Below are positions 23,278 to 32,000 of a stretch of 32,000 nt of DNA, piece after piece. The translations under genes and the position numbers were made by a program. How positions within the stretch are numbered: the first letter of the stretch is position 1; every line of letters begins with the position of its first letter. Location of the stretch: positions 1,830,001-1,862,000 of the forward strand of contig NZ_CP064923.1 of the NCBI RefSeq assembly GCF_018336915.1, in the 5' to 3' direction. Source of the stretch: Acaryochloris marina S15 (lineage in GTDB: Bacteria > Cyanobacteriota > Cyanobacteriia > Thermosynechococcales > Thermosynechococcaceae). The notes beneath the pieces were generated by a model. That model was given only the letters and a program-made list of their open reading frames with translations, was not told the origin of the DNA and ran no database searches.

Positions 23278-25080
23278 TTAATTTTCAGCTCCTTGACGAT
23301 ATGGAATGGATTGGGAAGCCACTAAGGTTTCAATAAGTGGTTGGGCTTGGGCATAATAATGACCTTGAGCATAATCGATACCAAAACTGGATATTTTGTC
23401 GAGGATAGGCTCAGATTCCACATACTCTGCTATCGTTTGCATCCCCATGCTTTTGGCTAGTCTATGGATGGCTCCGACAATTTCCATGGCAACTGGATCA
23501 GAGTCTATATCCTTGACGAAAGAGCCATCGATTTTGAGATAATCTGCAGGAATGGATTTGAGATGCATGAATGAAGATAATCCATTGCCAAAATCATCTA
23601 AAGCAACTTGACAGCCGATTGCTTTCAACTCGTTACTGAGTTTAGCTGCATTGGATATGTTTTTCAGTGCAACGCTTTCAGTAATTTCAAAACAAAATTC
23701 TTCTGGATGTAAATCGAAACGGGTAAGCTGTTGCTGTAAAAATTCCATAAGCTGGCCATTATTACAGCTTATAGCGGATAAATTGATGAAAAATTGAGCA
23801 TTTTGCTGCATATTTGCTTGAATTTCATGTAGATCTGCAAATAAATGCTCAATGACCCAATGATCAATTTGATTCATATAGCCCTTTTGTTCTGCGATGG
23901 GTAAAAATACACCTGGAGTAATGACTGTGCCAGGCTGATCGCATAAGCGAAGTAAAATCTCAAAACATTGTTTCTCTCGATTCTGATTGAGTGGGTGGAT
24001 GGGTTGAGCATAGAGCCGGAAATAATCTTTTTCTAAAGCTTGCTCTATCCTTCTGGTCCACAACAATGTGTGGTTAGTGGGTTGTAAGGGATTTGTGCAA
24101 TCAGATGTATGAGCAGTGACCCGGTTGCGACCGAGATCCTTAGCTGCATATAAGGCTTGATCTGCAGATTCAATCAGATATGAGGGGGGAATATCTTCGC
24201 TTGGAACAAGACTCGCAACGCCCAAACTGAGGCTGATGTGATGACTAGCTGATGAATTACGGTGGGGAATATTGAGTTCCTCAACCTCTGTCCGAACAGC
24301 CTCTGCAACGTGTATTGCTCCTGATAAATCCGTGTGAGGAAGCAGCACTACAAATTCTTCACCACCGTAGCGAGCTACACAGTCTGCGGGGCGTTTAGCA
24401 ACTCTAGCAATGGCTTGAGCAACTTGCTGTAAACACTGGTCTCCTGCTTGATGACCGTAAGTATCGTTATAGGCTTTGAAGTGATCCACATCGCCAAGAA
24501 TCACTGATAACGGTTGTTCCTCGCGATATAAACGATGCCATTCTCTTTGAAAAACAGAATCAAACTGACGTCGGTTATAAACTCGTGTTAGCCCATCCAT
24601 GGTCGCCAAGCGTTCTAGTTCACGATTGGCAACTTCTAGTTGTTCTGAAAGGGCTAATAATGTTGCATTTTTATACTGCAGCTCTAATTGTTGTTTTTGT
24701 CTTTCTAACGCATATTGAATCGTGCGGGAGAGGAGGGTGCTGTTAAATCGCCCTTTGACTAGAAAGTCTTGAGCCCCATCCTGCATTGCTTCTATGGCTA
24801 TCGTTTCATCTGTATTCCCAGAAAGGATGACTAGTGGGATACTTGGGAACATCTCGTGAATCTTATGAAATGTTTCGAGACCCTGCGTATCTGATAAGCA
24901 CAGATCCAATAAGACTAAGTCAATTGTGTTGGTTTCATGCAGAAACGTGATCCCTGTGGAAAGTGTCCGACGATGTTTGAGGGTGACTGAGTTTTGGTTG
25001 ATACTCAGCAATTCTCTAACAATTTCTACATCTTGATCATCATCCTCAATCATCAAAATTTGAGTTCCGCCTGCATACAT
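23278..25080 (-). CDS. Response regulator receiver + GGDEF + EAL (both domains with intact signature residues)
   Basis: The REC domain shows ILMIEDDDQDVEIV, VLLDLCLSD, ILSGN and FLVKG. The GGDEF domain has RYGGEEF with an RPAD I-site. The EAL domain has FEILLRL, FINLS, FEITES, ALDDFG, LKIDGSF, IAEYVES and YAQGHYY. Confidence 0.9.
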   Translation of the reverse strand: MYAGGTQILMIEDDDQDVEIVRELLSINQNSVTLKHRRTLSTGITFLHETNTIDLVLLDLCLSDTQGLETFHKIHEMFPSIPLVILSGNTDETIAIEAMQDGAQDFLVKGRFNSTLLSRTIQYALERQKQQLELQYKNATLLALSEQLEVANRELERLATMDGLTRVYNRRQFDSVFQREWHRLYREEQPLSVILGDVDHFKAYNDTYGHQAGDQCLQQVAQAIARVAKRPADCVARYGGEEFVVLLPHTDLSGAIHVAEAVRTEVEELNIPHRNSSASHHISLSLGVASLVPSEDIPPSYLIESADQALYAAKDLGRNRVTAHTSDCTNPLQPTNHTLLWTRRIEQALEKDYFRLYAQPIHPLNQNREKQCFEILLRLCDQPGTVITPGVFLPIAEQKGYMNQIDHWVIEHLFADLHEIQANMQQNAQFFINLSAISCNNGQLMEFLQQQLTRFDLHPEEFCFEITESVALKNISNAAKLSNELKAIGCQVALDDFGNGLSSFMHLKSIPADYLKIDGSFVKDIDSDPVAMEIVGAIHRLAKSMGMQTIAEYVESEPILDKISSFGIDYAQGHYYAQAQPLIETLVASQSIPYRQGAEN

Positions 25081-25914
25081 TGGAATGAACCTAGATTTCG
25101 TAATAATGTCTTAAGGTATAACGCAATATCAAGGGGAATATATCCGAAGTAGTACGCAATTATTTATATTGCTTCCTCGCGATTCTCTCCGTGGAAGCAA
25201 CTACTTTAGTCGCTTGATCTCATAAAAATAGTTAGCTGGCCTCAGTGATACTACTTATTTTATTTAGTCTGATAGCTTGACAAGAGTTCTTCAGATTAAG
25301 ACTCAAATTGAATGGTGATAGAACGGCTACCGGTTAAGCTATATTTCTCACAGTATTCCTGTCGCTAGAGCATCCCCATTACTTCTGGATGAAGGAAAAA
25401 TTCTAGTAAGACTCTGAGATTTAATGATCAAAATTGGTTCGAAAAAATCTCTGAATCTGCTATAGGGCAATGAATCTATTTAATTTTTTGTGTAGCTAAA
25501 TAGAGATGTGAATATTGCTGTATGGTGTTTAGATTTTAGGGAGTTACTTGCTTTATTTTTTTAAAGTATGAGTAGCATAAAAATCACCAAAACAAAGGAT
25601 TGAATATTAGCTTTTCGGAGGATTTTGACTGAATTGGTGAGGTTCTTTCTGTAGTTTTGAACTTCATTTTCTACCTTCATATTGGGCTTTTTTATTGTGT
25701 GAGGCTACGACAACAAGCCATCTTACATAATCTAGTTAGATGGCTAGCATGAAATTCAAGCGCTCAAATAAAAATGGATTTAATGCATGCTTGTTTTAAG
25801 ATTTGCTTTGGCTCTTTGTGCTCTGAATTTATCTGTAGAACGAGTTTAAAAAATAATCTCACTCTCATGCTGCTTTATCCATTTAGTCAAATTTTCTGGT
25901 CAAGAATGACTTGT

Positions 25915-26769
25915 CTATATTCCAGTTTGGATAGCTTGAACCAAGCCATTGTAGATTGACTCGAGGAAATCTAGATTGAGGGTGGCAATGGTATCACTGG
26001 GTTTGTGGTAGTGGGGATTTCTTGAATCAGCCGTATCCGTCACCATCAACGCGGAATACCCATAATCCCAAAAGGAGGCATGGTCACTACGGCGGGTATC
26101 TGGAATGGGAGTGCCGCGTAAGGGGATGGGAAGCCACTCACAAGGAGCGCCACTGCGTTTTAGGTGAGTGGACATTTTAAATATGGTGGGAATGGAGCGA
26201 AGATTGCCGAGTAGGGCAATGAAGTTACCAGTGGAAGGATAAAAATACTCAAGCCCCGCCGGATATCGCTGAGTATGCTCTCTTGAGTCAATATAGCCCA
26301 GCATTTCTAGGCTGATCATGGTGGTGATACGGGTTTTGGTTTGCCTTAGTTCTTGGGCATAGGCTTGACTCCCTAATCGTCCATATTCTTCTAGATCAAA
26401 ACCAATAATCTGGATGGGATGACGAGCCGGATGGTGATGGAAATGCTGGGCTAGTTCTAGAAGGACTGCGACCCCGGTTGCATTATCATCTGCTCCGGGA
26501 GAGCCGGGGACGCCATCAAAATGGGCTCCAATGAGAATTGGAGGTAGGGACTGGGTGCCGGGTAAGGACAAGATTAGGTTTTCATGAACGCTTTTGGCAA
26601 CTTTTTTGAGTGTTCTAAAGGTATGCCGACGTACTGTTCCCCATTGGCTGAGTTCTTGGTAGATGTATTCTTTGACGAAAAAATGTCCGGCTGTTGCGAG
26701 ATAGGGGTCGCGTTCCCGGGTTAGGTGGGATAAATGTTGTGAGAGGCGTTCTTGTAAAGGACTACCCAT
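25915..26769 (-). CDS. M28-family zinc peptidase (aminopeptidase-like)
   Basis: 284 aa. M28 metal-ligand blocks are present: IGAHFDGVPGSPGADDNATGVAVLLELA, GFDLEEYGRLGS, and a C-terminal HYHKPSD. Confidence 0.8.
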   Translation of the reverse strand: MGSPLQERLSQHLSHLTRERDPYLATAGHFFVKEYIYQELSQWGTVRRHTFRTLKKVAKSVHENLILSLPGTQSLPPILIGAHFDGVPGSPGADDNATGVAVLLELAQHFHHHPARHPIQIIGFDLEEYGRLGSQAYAQELRQTKTRITTMISLEMLGYIDSREHTQRYPAGLEYFYPSTGNFIALLGNLRSIPTIFKMSTHLKRSGAPCEWLPIPLRGTPIPDTRRSDHASFWDYGYSALMVTDTADSRNPHYHKPSDTIATLNLDFLESIYNGLVQAIQTGI

Positions 26770-26841
26770 AGACCATCAACCTATCAAAAGTCTTCGCAGT
26801 ACTCCAACCATAGCTAAAAGCTTGGTGGGAGAGGATGTCAA

Positions 26842-28248
26842 TTACCAAGGACTACTGATCATCGTAAAGCCTGACCAATAGAAGGGATGGGTGAAATCGA
26901 TATCGGTAATATCGGAGACTTCACTCGGTAGAGGTAAGGGAGTGTTGGAAAGGGTGAGTTGTCCATTTTGGACCCGAATTTGACCTCGAAGCATTCGCAA
27001 TTGAGCTTGACGCAGAGCTTCTGATTTGGTCTTGTGGCGGGGGAGTTGTTGGTAAAACTCGCTCATAATGGCTAGGGTGCCGACATCACTGACATACCAG
27101 AGACTTCCTAAGGCTGTTTTAACGCCTGCTTTGAGGGCGATACCAGCAAATCCTAACTCAGCGGTTTTGTCGCCCAAGGCTGTTTTACAAGCACTCAGTA
27201 CTAAGAGATCGAGGCTGGGTCGGGACCAATCCAGCGTATTCATTTGGTCTAGTCGAAGTTGGGTATCCCGGAATTGAATAAATGACTGACGGGGCTGGCC
27301 AGGATTAAATTCGGCATGGGTGGCGAGGTGAATAATATTGTAGGTTTGCTCGTTTAACTGAGTTTTGAGGTTTTTGAGGGTGAAATTGCGATTGAGTAAG
27401 GCTTGGCCCTGCCACTGGGCTTGGTTTGGTAGACGTTCCTGAAGGAAGGTCAAAATGGCTGAAATTTCCGTGGGGACGGACGGTAGAGACTCTAGTTGCA
27501 AGAACTCGGAAGCTCCACCTGCTAATATTTTTCCCCGCTTACGAGGGGTATATTCGGTTTGAATCAGGTTGAATGCCGGAATATTGGTGAGGCTATACTG
27601 TTCGACCAGATACTGCTCACCGTCATGTAAGGCAGCTAGAGGTAAGCCTCGGAGTCCACTGCCTAAGCAAAACAATAAGGTATCAATGTTGGCAGCTTGG
27701 AGATGATCTTTCTCAAAGGGGGCAATCAGCCATTGGTGAAGTTGTTGAGCCGATTCTAGATCCCACTTGCCAGGATCTTGTGCTTGATCTCGAAAGGTAG
27801 CGACGGTTTTTAGAAGTTTTGAGCGAGGGACATCGTATAGGTCGCGGACAATGGGCTGGCCGCCGGGTAATAGCAAGACTAGATGTAGATGATCCTCACG
27901 AGGAATGATCCACAATACCCCTGGATGGGTTCCAGTGGTTTGGCTAATGCGGCTAAGGGTTTGGGCAACATCGGCGGGATCTTGGGTGACTTCTGCTAGA
28001 TCTTCGCCAAAATAGGCTTCAAATTCTTTTTCGAAGCTACGCTCCATAGCTAAGAAATTTTGGGTCGCTTTGGGAGGGATAACTGGGCGGTTGTATTGAG
28101 CAGAACTTGGCAAGGAATAGGCCCAGATACTGCAGAGGCTGATCAGTCCAATGAGGTTGGGGAATTTACCTTGGCACTGGAAGAAACGTGGGTGCGATCG
28201 CATCCCCCCTAGTCTGGATTTAGCAAGGGTTGGATTCTGTCTCGGCAT
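26842..28248 (-). CDS. Exported CHAT-domain (caspase-fold) protein without TPR region
   Basis: 468 aa with a signal-peptide-like N-terminus (FPNLIGLISLCSIWAYSLPSSAQ). The CHAT dyad contexts are NIIHLATHAEF and LLVLSACKTALGD. The C-terminal FYWSGFTMISSPW parallels the AHWSAFVLVGNWL tail of the 7113..9740 protein. Confidence 0.85.
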   Translation of the reverse strand: MPRQNPTLAKSRLGGMRSHPRFFQCQGKFPNLIGLISLCSIWAYSLPSSAQYNRPVIPPKATQNFLAMERSFEKEFEAYFGEDLAEVTQDPADVAQTLSRISQTTGTHPGVLWIIPREDHLHLVLLLPGGQPIVRDLYDVPRSKLLKTVATFRDQAQDPGKWDLESAQQLHQWLIAPFEKDHLQAANIDTLLFCLGSGLRGLPLAALHDGEQYLVEQYSLTNIPAFNLIQTEYTPRKRGKILAGGASEFLQLESLPSVPTEISAILTFLQERLPNQAQWQGQALLNRNFTLKNLKTQLNEQTYNIIHLATHAEFNPGQPRQSFIQFRDTQLRLDQMNTLDWSRPSLDLLVLSACKTALGDKTAELGFAGIALKAGVKTALGSLWYVSDVGTLAIMSEFYQQLPRHKTKSEALRQAQLRMLRGQIRVQNGQLTLSNTPLPLPSEVSDITDIDFTHPFYWSGFTMISSPW

Positions 28249-28435
28249 ATTCTACACCCCGTAAAAAGTCGTACTCCTCAGTTTAAGGGTAAAGGTAGGG
28301 CTAGACGATCCAAAAGCTGATAGTGCGGGAATTGCCAGATCGTGGGTGTTCAATGGATGGAATGGATACCCCTGAGAATCTTGATCTAGGGGGTGCCTCG
28401 AAGCGGGAGTGGGATTGTGGATGGACACAAAGAAA

Positions 28436-28464
28436 TTCCCTATAGGCTTTAAGCCTATAGGGAA
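28436..28464 (-). terminator. Rho-independent terminator of the sigma-factor gene
   Basis: Perfect 14-nt arms TTCCCTATAGGCTT (28436..28449) and AAGCCTATAGGGAA (28451..28464) lie about 30 nt past the stop codon of the minus-strand gene. On the minus strand the hairpin is followed by TTTCTTTGTGT. Confidence 0.75.
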
Positions 28465-28493
28465 ACATGTCCTAAAGTTTAGAGAGGGAAAGT

Positions 28494-29294
28494 TTAGTGC
28501 TCAGCTTGCAGTGCGTTGGGCTGTTGCTGTTGGAGCAAATCGATCATCTTGTCGATACCCTTTTTCATGTTGCGGGTAACGGTGACGGAGCTGACGCCGA
28601 TGCGCTTAGCGACTTCTTGGCGGGAGAGCTGTTGGAAAAAGACTGACTCAATCATGATCCGAGTCCGATCTTCAAGCTGGTTTAAGGCTTGTTGGAGTTC
28701 GATGCGGTCTTCTTGGTTGGCCTGAAGGATTTGGCTGTGGACATCCATAAGGGTGTCACCCAGGGTCATGGCAGAATCGGATTGGGAGTGGCCAGAGGAG
28801 ACCCGAGCATTGAGGCTGAGGGGAACGCGATTGGTGGTGGCGAGTTTAACAGAGCGCCATTCCTGCATGGAGAGCTTGAGGGCATCAGCGATTTCTTGAT
28901 CGTTAGGCTGACGACCCAATTCCATGGTGAGTGCTTGTCTGGCTTTAGCAGCATCGCGGCTGAGCTGTTGCCAGCGGCGGGGAATACGAACCGTGTTAGC
29001 TCGATCCCGGAGGAAGTGGAGAATTTCGCCGCGAATGTAAGGTACTGCGAAGGAGCTGAAGGCATATCCTTGGGAGGGGTCAAATCGCTCAATGGCAGTA
29101 ATCAAACCTAGAAATCCGCATTGCTCTAGATCTTCGTAGGGCTCAGCGCACTGATGGGTTAGACGGTGAGCAACCTTGCGAACCAGACCCATGTTCAATC
29201 GCACAAGACGGTTTCTTAATTTAACGGAAGGCTTTTGACGATAAGCGACCAAAAGTTCCATGGTTTGCGATTGAAGAGAAGTTTGATAAGCCAT
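28494..29294 (-). CDS. Sigma-70-family RNA polymerase sigma factor, group 3 (SigF/SigB-like)
   Basis: Region 2 reads GLVRKVAHRLTHQCAEPYEDLEQCGFLGLITAIERFDPSQGYAFSSFAVPYIRGEILHFLRD. Regions 3 and 4.2 include SRQEVAKRIGVSSVTVTRNMKKGIDKM. The tracked ORF extends to the ATG at 29333; the ATG at 29294 (MAYQTS...) gives a more typical N-terminus. The start is uncertain. Confidence 0.88.
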   Translation of the reverse strand: MAYQTSLQSQTMELLVAYRQKPSVKLRNRLVRLNMGLVRKVAHRLTHQCAEPYEDLEQCGFLGLITAIERFDPSQGYAFSSFAVPYIRGEILHFLRDRANTVRIPRRWQQLSRDAAKARQALTMELGRQPNDQEIADALKLSMQEWRSVKLATTNRVPLSLNARVSSGHSQSDSAMTLGDTLMDVHSQILQANQEDRIELQQALNQLEDRTRIMIESVFFQQLSRQEVAKRIGVSSVTVTRNMKKGIDKMIDLLQQQQPNALQAEH

Positions 29295-29550
29295 CGTTTT
29301 ATAAAGTCCTGTTTTCCTGTATCTGAAAATCATTATGAAGATCTTGAACTCGGAAAACCATCGTTAAAACACGGGAATATCAAACTTTTTGAGTTTTGAT
29401 TTTTCCGCATTTCTACGGAGCTTTACATGAATATGAATCATGAGCTAAAAATAAGAAGATCCTGAAAAGCTTATGAGAACTGGCATAGAGGGATCAGTAA
29501 ATAATTCTATTTGGATAGAATAAAGGAGACGCAAGGAAAAAAAATTTTTA

Positions 29551-30891
29551 ATGAAGTTTAGGTTTCGCTGGTTAATCCTGGCCTTTTTAGTGCCCATTGT
29601 GATTTTTTTGAGCCAGCCTAGTCCGGCCTGGTCATTTTATTTGGGGGGAACACAGGTCAATGAACCCGATGCATCGGTCTGGGTACAGGAACTGAAATCA
29701 GCGGAAATGAATACGGTGGAGGTGACGGTCTATGCCACCCAAGCCGAATGGAATTCGGCCAATCTTAGATATGACCCTGAAGATGAGGGGGTGCTGCAAG
29801 AGATTCGGGCGGCTAAAGCTGCAGGACTGAATGTCGTATTGATTTTGCGGCTTGCCTTAGATCATGCCTATCCCCAAAATAATTTTATTTGGCATGGACT
29901 GACGATGCCAAAGACGGACGCCCAACTGGCTGACTGGTTTGAGACCTACACTGCTTTTGTGACCCAATGGGCTGAGATTGCCGAAGCGGAAGGGGTCGAT
30001 ATGTTGGGACTAGGCAGTGAAATGAATGCCTTGACTTCCACGTTGCCGGTCCAGGATGTGCCGGATTTAGAGCACTACTATCTCGACCCGATTGAGCAGC
30101 GGGCGCTAATCCATAATCTGCTGAAGTACAAAAACCAGATTCCCTTTGCCGAACTACAGCTGAAAGGGGGATATCAATTCCCGACCCTAGAGGCGTTTTT
30201 GGAGGAGCGACTCCAGGCTTGGCAAGTTTGGGCAAAGCAGGTGAGCTATCAAGGGGAAACGGATCCGATCGCTGCAATCAACCGTCGTCGTCAACGCCTA
30301 GATCAGCACTGGCGGCACCTGATTCGGCAGACTCGCCAGATCTATTCTGGCAAACTGACCTATGCGGCAAACTTTGATCAGTATCAGTCGGTGGGTTTTT
30401 GGGATGCCCTGGATATGATTGGGGTGAATGCGTATTTCCCGTTGCGATCGCAACCCCAATTCCGAAGTCAACGACAGTTGAAGCAACAGCTCTCATCAGG
30501 ATGGCGGAAAATCCTGGGGGATATAGACACATTTCGTCGTGACCAAGCCATTCAGAATAAGCCTGTAATCTTTACGGAGTTGGGCTATACCCGCTGGGAC
30601 CAAAATACCCTAGCCCCTTGGAGCTATAGCGGTTTTTCTTTGGTTGGCAAGCCAGGACAGCAAGATGTGATTTTGTGGACGATGCAGCCCACGAATGATC
30701 AGGAGCGGGTGTTGGCGGTGCAAGCCCTTTATCAAACCGTCAAAAGGCATTACCCCAATTTATTACAGGGCATTCTGTATTGGAAAATTTCAACCCAACC
30801 GGATCACCAGTCCTTTGAGCCATTTGTGTTGATTTTGAATGACTCGCCAGTCGATCCATTGCAAAAGACCTTAGAGAAGTTTATAAAGTAG
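29551..30891 (+). CDS. Secreted putative glycoside hydrolase (TIM-barrel, clan GH-A-like)
   Basis: A signal peptide is present (MKFRFRWLILAFLVPIVIFLSQPSPAWS). Candidate acid/base and nucleophile Glu residues sit in GLGSEMN and IFTELGY, which is the spacing and context seen in GH5/GH113-type enzymes. Family assignment is not possible by eye. Confidence 0.55.
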   Translation: MKFRFRWLILAFLVPIVIFLSQPSPAWSFYLGGTQVNEPDASVWVQELKSAEMNTVEVTVYATQAEWNSANLRYDPEDEGVLQEIRAAKAAGLNVVLILRLALDHAYPQNNFIWHGLTMPKTDAQLADWFETYTAFVTQWAEIAEAEGVDMLGLGSEMNALTSTLPVQDVPDLEHYYLDPIEQRALIHNLLKYKNQIPFAELQLKGGYQFPTLEAFLEERLQAWQVWAKQVSYQGETDPIAAINRRRQRLDQHWRHLIRQTRQIYSGKLTYAANFDQYQSVGFWDALDMIGVNAYFPLRSQPQFRSQRQLKQQLSSGWRKILGDIDTFRRDQAIQNKPVIFTELGYTRWDQNTLAPWSYSGFSLVGKPGQQDVILWTMQPTNDQERVLAVQALYQTVKRHYPNLLQGILYWKISTQPDHQSFEPFVLILNDSPVDPLQKTLEKFIK

Positions 30892-31105
30892 AGCTGAAAT
30901 CATTAGGAGCAGGGCTTTTTCCTAGCTATGGTGCTTTGATCCCATTTAATCCATATATCTGTCCCCATCCTTGGGGATGCTTAATCAACACGGATAGTGA
31001 GATTACTCAACTCATACCAAGCTGTGCCTGAAGGTGTAACTCTCAAACTTGTGAAATCCAAGACTGAGTTGGCTTAGCAAATAATCAAAATTACACTCTT
31101 AGGTG

Positions 31106-32000
31106 CTAATTGGTATCAGAACTGGATACAACAGCCTGAACGGTGAAATTAAACCGTCCTAGGCGTGCACCTTGGAGATTCGCCTGTTGTGGATCAACAT
31201 TAATGGAAATGTCGCTGTTATAGACAATGGCAGTGCAGGATTGTCCCACTAAATCATCGAGTTGAGTATTACCTAAGGGCTGAACATTTTGGACTTCATC
31301 AAGATCGGCTTGGGACTCATTCCCAGCTAAGAAGTCATTGAGGGATAAGGGGCCATTTTTTCCATTCAGAGTTTGGGGTAGGGAAAAGACGCCTTCATCT
31401 CCGGTTTGCCCGGTGGGAATGGTCACCGTGTCTCCTGAGTAACTGGTATTCCAAAGCAAGGCAGGATTCCCTTGTTGGGTGGGGTTATTTTTATTAATCA
31501 AGGCGTCAACAGTGATGCCTTTGCTTTGGGCTGCTTGCACAATACTGGGGACATCACTGTCTATGCTGTCTTCATCCATGAGCAGAATGCAGGAGGGTGA
31601 GCTTGATTCTGTGTCAAGTGAATTACCGGTATTCTGGGCAACCTTTAAGGCACGGATGGCCGTTGTGGTGCTATATCGGTAAGGGGCAGTTTGGTCTAGA
31701 ACTTTGTTAATTCGCCCGGTTTGATAGACTTTGGCGATTTCGCCTGTGGCATTAACGCAGGCAAAGAAACCAGGGGTGCCACTGCCATTCCATCCATTTT
31801 CACAGCTCGGCAGTGAGCCATCGCTTTCAATCAGATCAATAAGGGGCTCATGGGACCATTGTGTTGGCTCACCAGGATTGATATAGGTTCCCTGATCGTC
31901 ATAGGCGGGTCCCCACCGATAGATCGCTTTGGGTCCCTGCCAAATACCGCTGGGGGGTGTAGCGAGATAGTAGACAATCGGTACTAAGTTGGTCTGAGCC
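31106..32000 (-). CDS. Hypothetical protein, 5' end outside the window
   Basis: The minus-strand frame of tracked ORF 31106..31579 stays open upstream to the window edge. I translated 31580..31999 by hand and found no in-frame stop, so the listed Met is probably internal. The sequence is Gly/Asn/Thr/Gln-rich with no recognisable motif. Confidence 0.55.
   Translation of the reverse strand, partial: AQTNLVPIVYYLATPPSGIWQGPKAIYRWGPAYDDQGTYINPGEPTQWSHEPLIDLIESDGSLPSCENGWNGSGTPGFFACVNATGEIAKVYQTGRINKVLDQTAPYRYSTTTAIRALKVAQNTGNSLDTESSSPSCILLMDEDSIDSDVPSIVQAAQSKGITVDALINKNNPTQQGNPALLWNTSYSGDTVTIPTGQTGDEGVFSLPQTLNGKNGPLSLNDFLAGNESQADLDEVQNVQPLGNTQLDDLVGQSCTAIVYNSDISINVDPQQANLQGARLGRFNFTVQAVVSSSDTN

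Noticed and set aside
25774-25959. 61-aa plus-strand ORF in the long AT-rich region, overlapping the 3' end of the M28 gene.
   Set aside because: The translation is low-complexity and Cys/Phe/Leu-rich, there is no RBS, and it overlaps a supported gene on the other strand.
28516-29111. ORFs 28516..28725 (+), 28689..29111 (+) and 28766..29092 (-) overlapping the sigma-factor gene.
   Set aside because: The sigma-70 regions 2-4 are unambiguous in the 28494..29333 minus frame. The overlapping frames have no recognisable features and are typical GC-rich shadow ORFs.
29885-30532. Minus-strand ORFs 29885..30277, 30278..30532 and 30298..30486 within the glycosidase gene.
   Set aside because: These are antisense to a 446-aa ORF that has a signal peptide and a coherent sequence. 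Their translations are low-complexity (Pro/Ser/Ala/Gly-rich).

Overview
The window looks like a cyanobacterial chromosome segment. Evidence: six copies of the HIP1 octamer GCGATCGC, a group-3 sigma factor, a CtpA-type S41 protease, and FHA-like/CHAT gene pairs. Species cannot be determined from the sequence alone.

Gene content in order:
1. The 3' part of an FHA-like beta-helical exoprotein gene.
2. An AT-rich block of about 5 kb. It carries a leaderless leishmanolysin-like (M8-like) Zn-protease, orphan small ORFs, and most of a second complete FHA-like gene encoding a TPS domain.
3. An exported TPR-CHAT caspase-fold protease.
4. tRNA-Phe(GAA).
5. An S41 C-terminal processing protease.
6. A membrane-anchored protein built from about 8 copies of a roughly 31-aa helical motif.
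7. hslO (Hsp33).
8. An intact 903-bp IS1-family element with an A7 -1 frameshift site, imperfect terminal IRs and an 8-bp target duplication.
9. A vanadium-haloperoxidase-like gene.
10. An M50B-like membrane metalloprotease.
11. A small Rieske protein.
12. An AT-rich cluster of three paralogous REC-GGDEF(-EAL) genes. The middle one is degenerate in both catalytic domains but keeps the RxxD I-site.
13. An M28 peptidase.
14. A second exported CHAT protein.
15. A SigF-like sigma factor with a strong terminator.
16. A secreted clan-GH-A-like glycosidase.
17. A 5'-truncated hypothetical gene.

No rRNA genes or CRISPR arrays were seen.

The most interesting candidate system is the FHA-like exoprotein / exported TPR-CHAT module at 1..9740. 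It has a mosaic, apparently horizontally acquired 'head' and an embedded M8-like protease. The next candidate is the c-di-GMP triad with a predicted non-catalytic receptor paralog. All functional calls come from motif recognition by eye; no searches were run.
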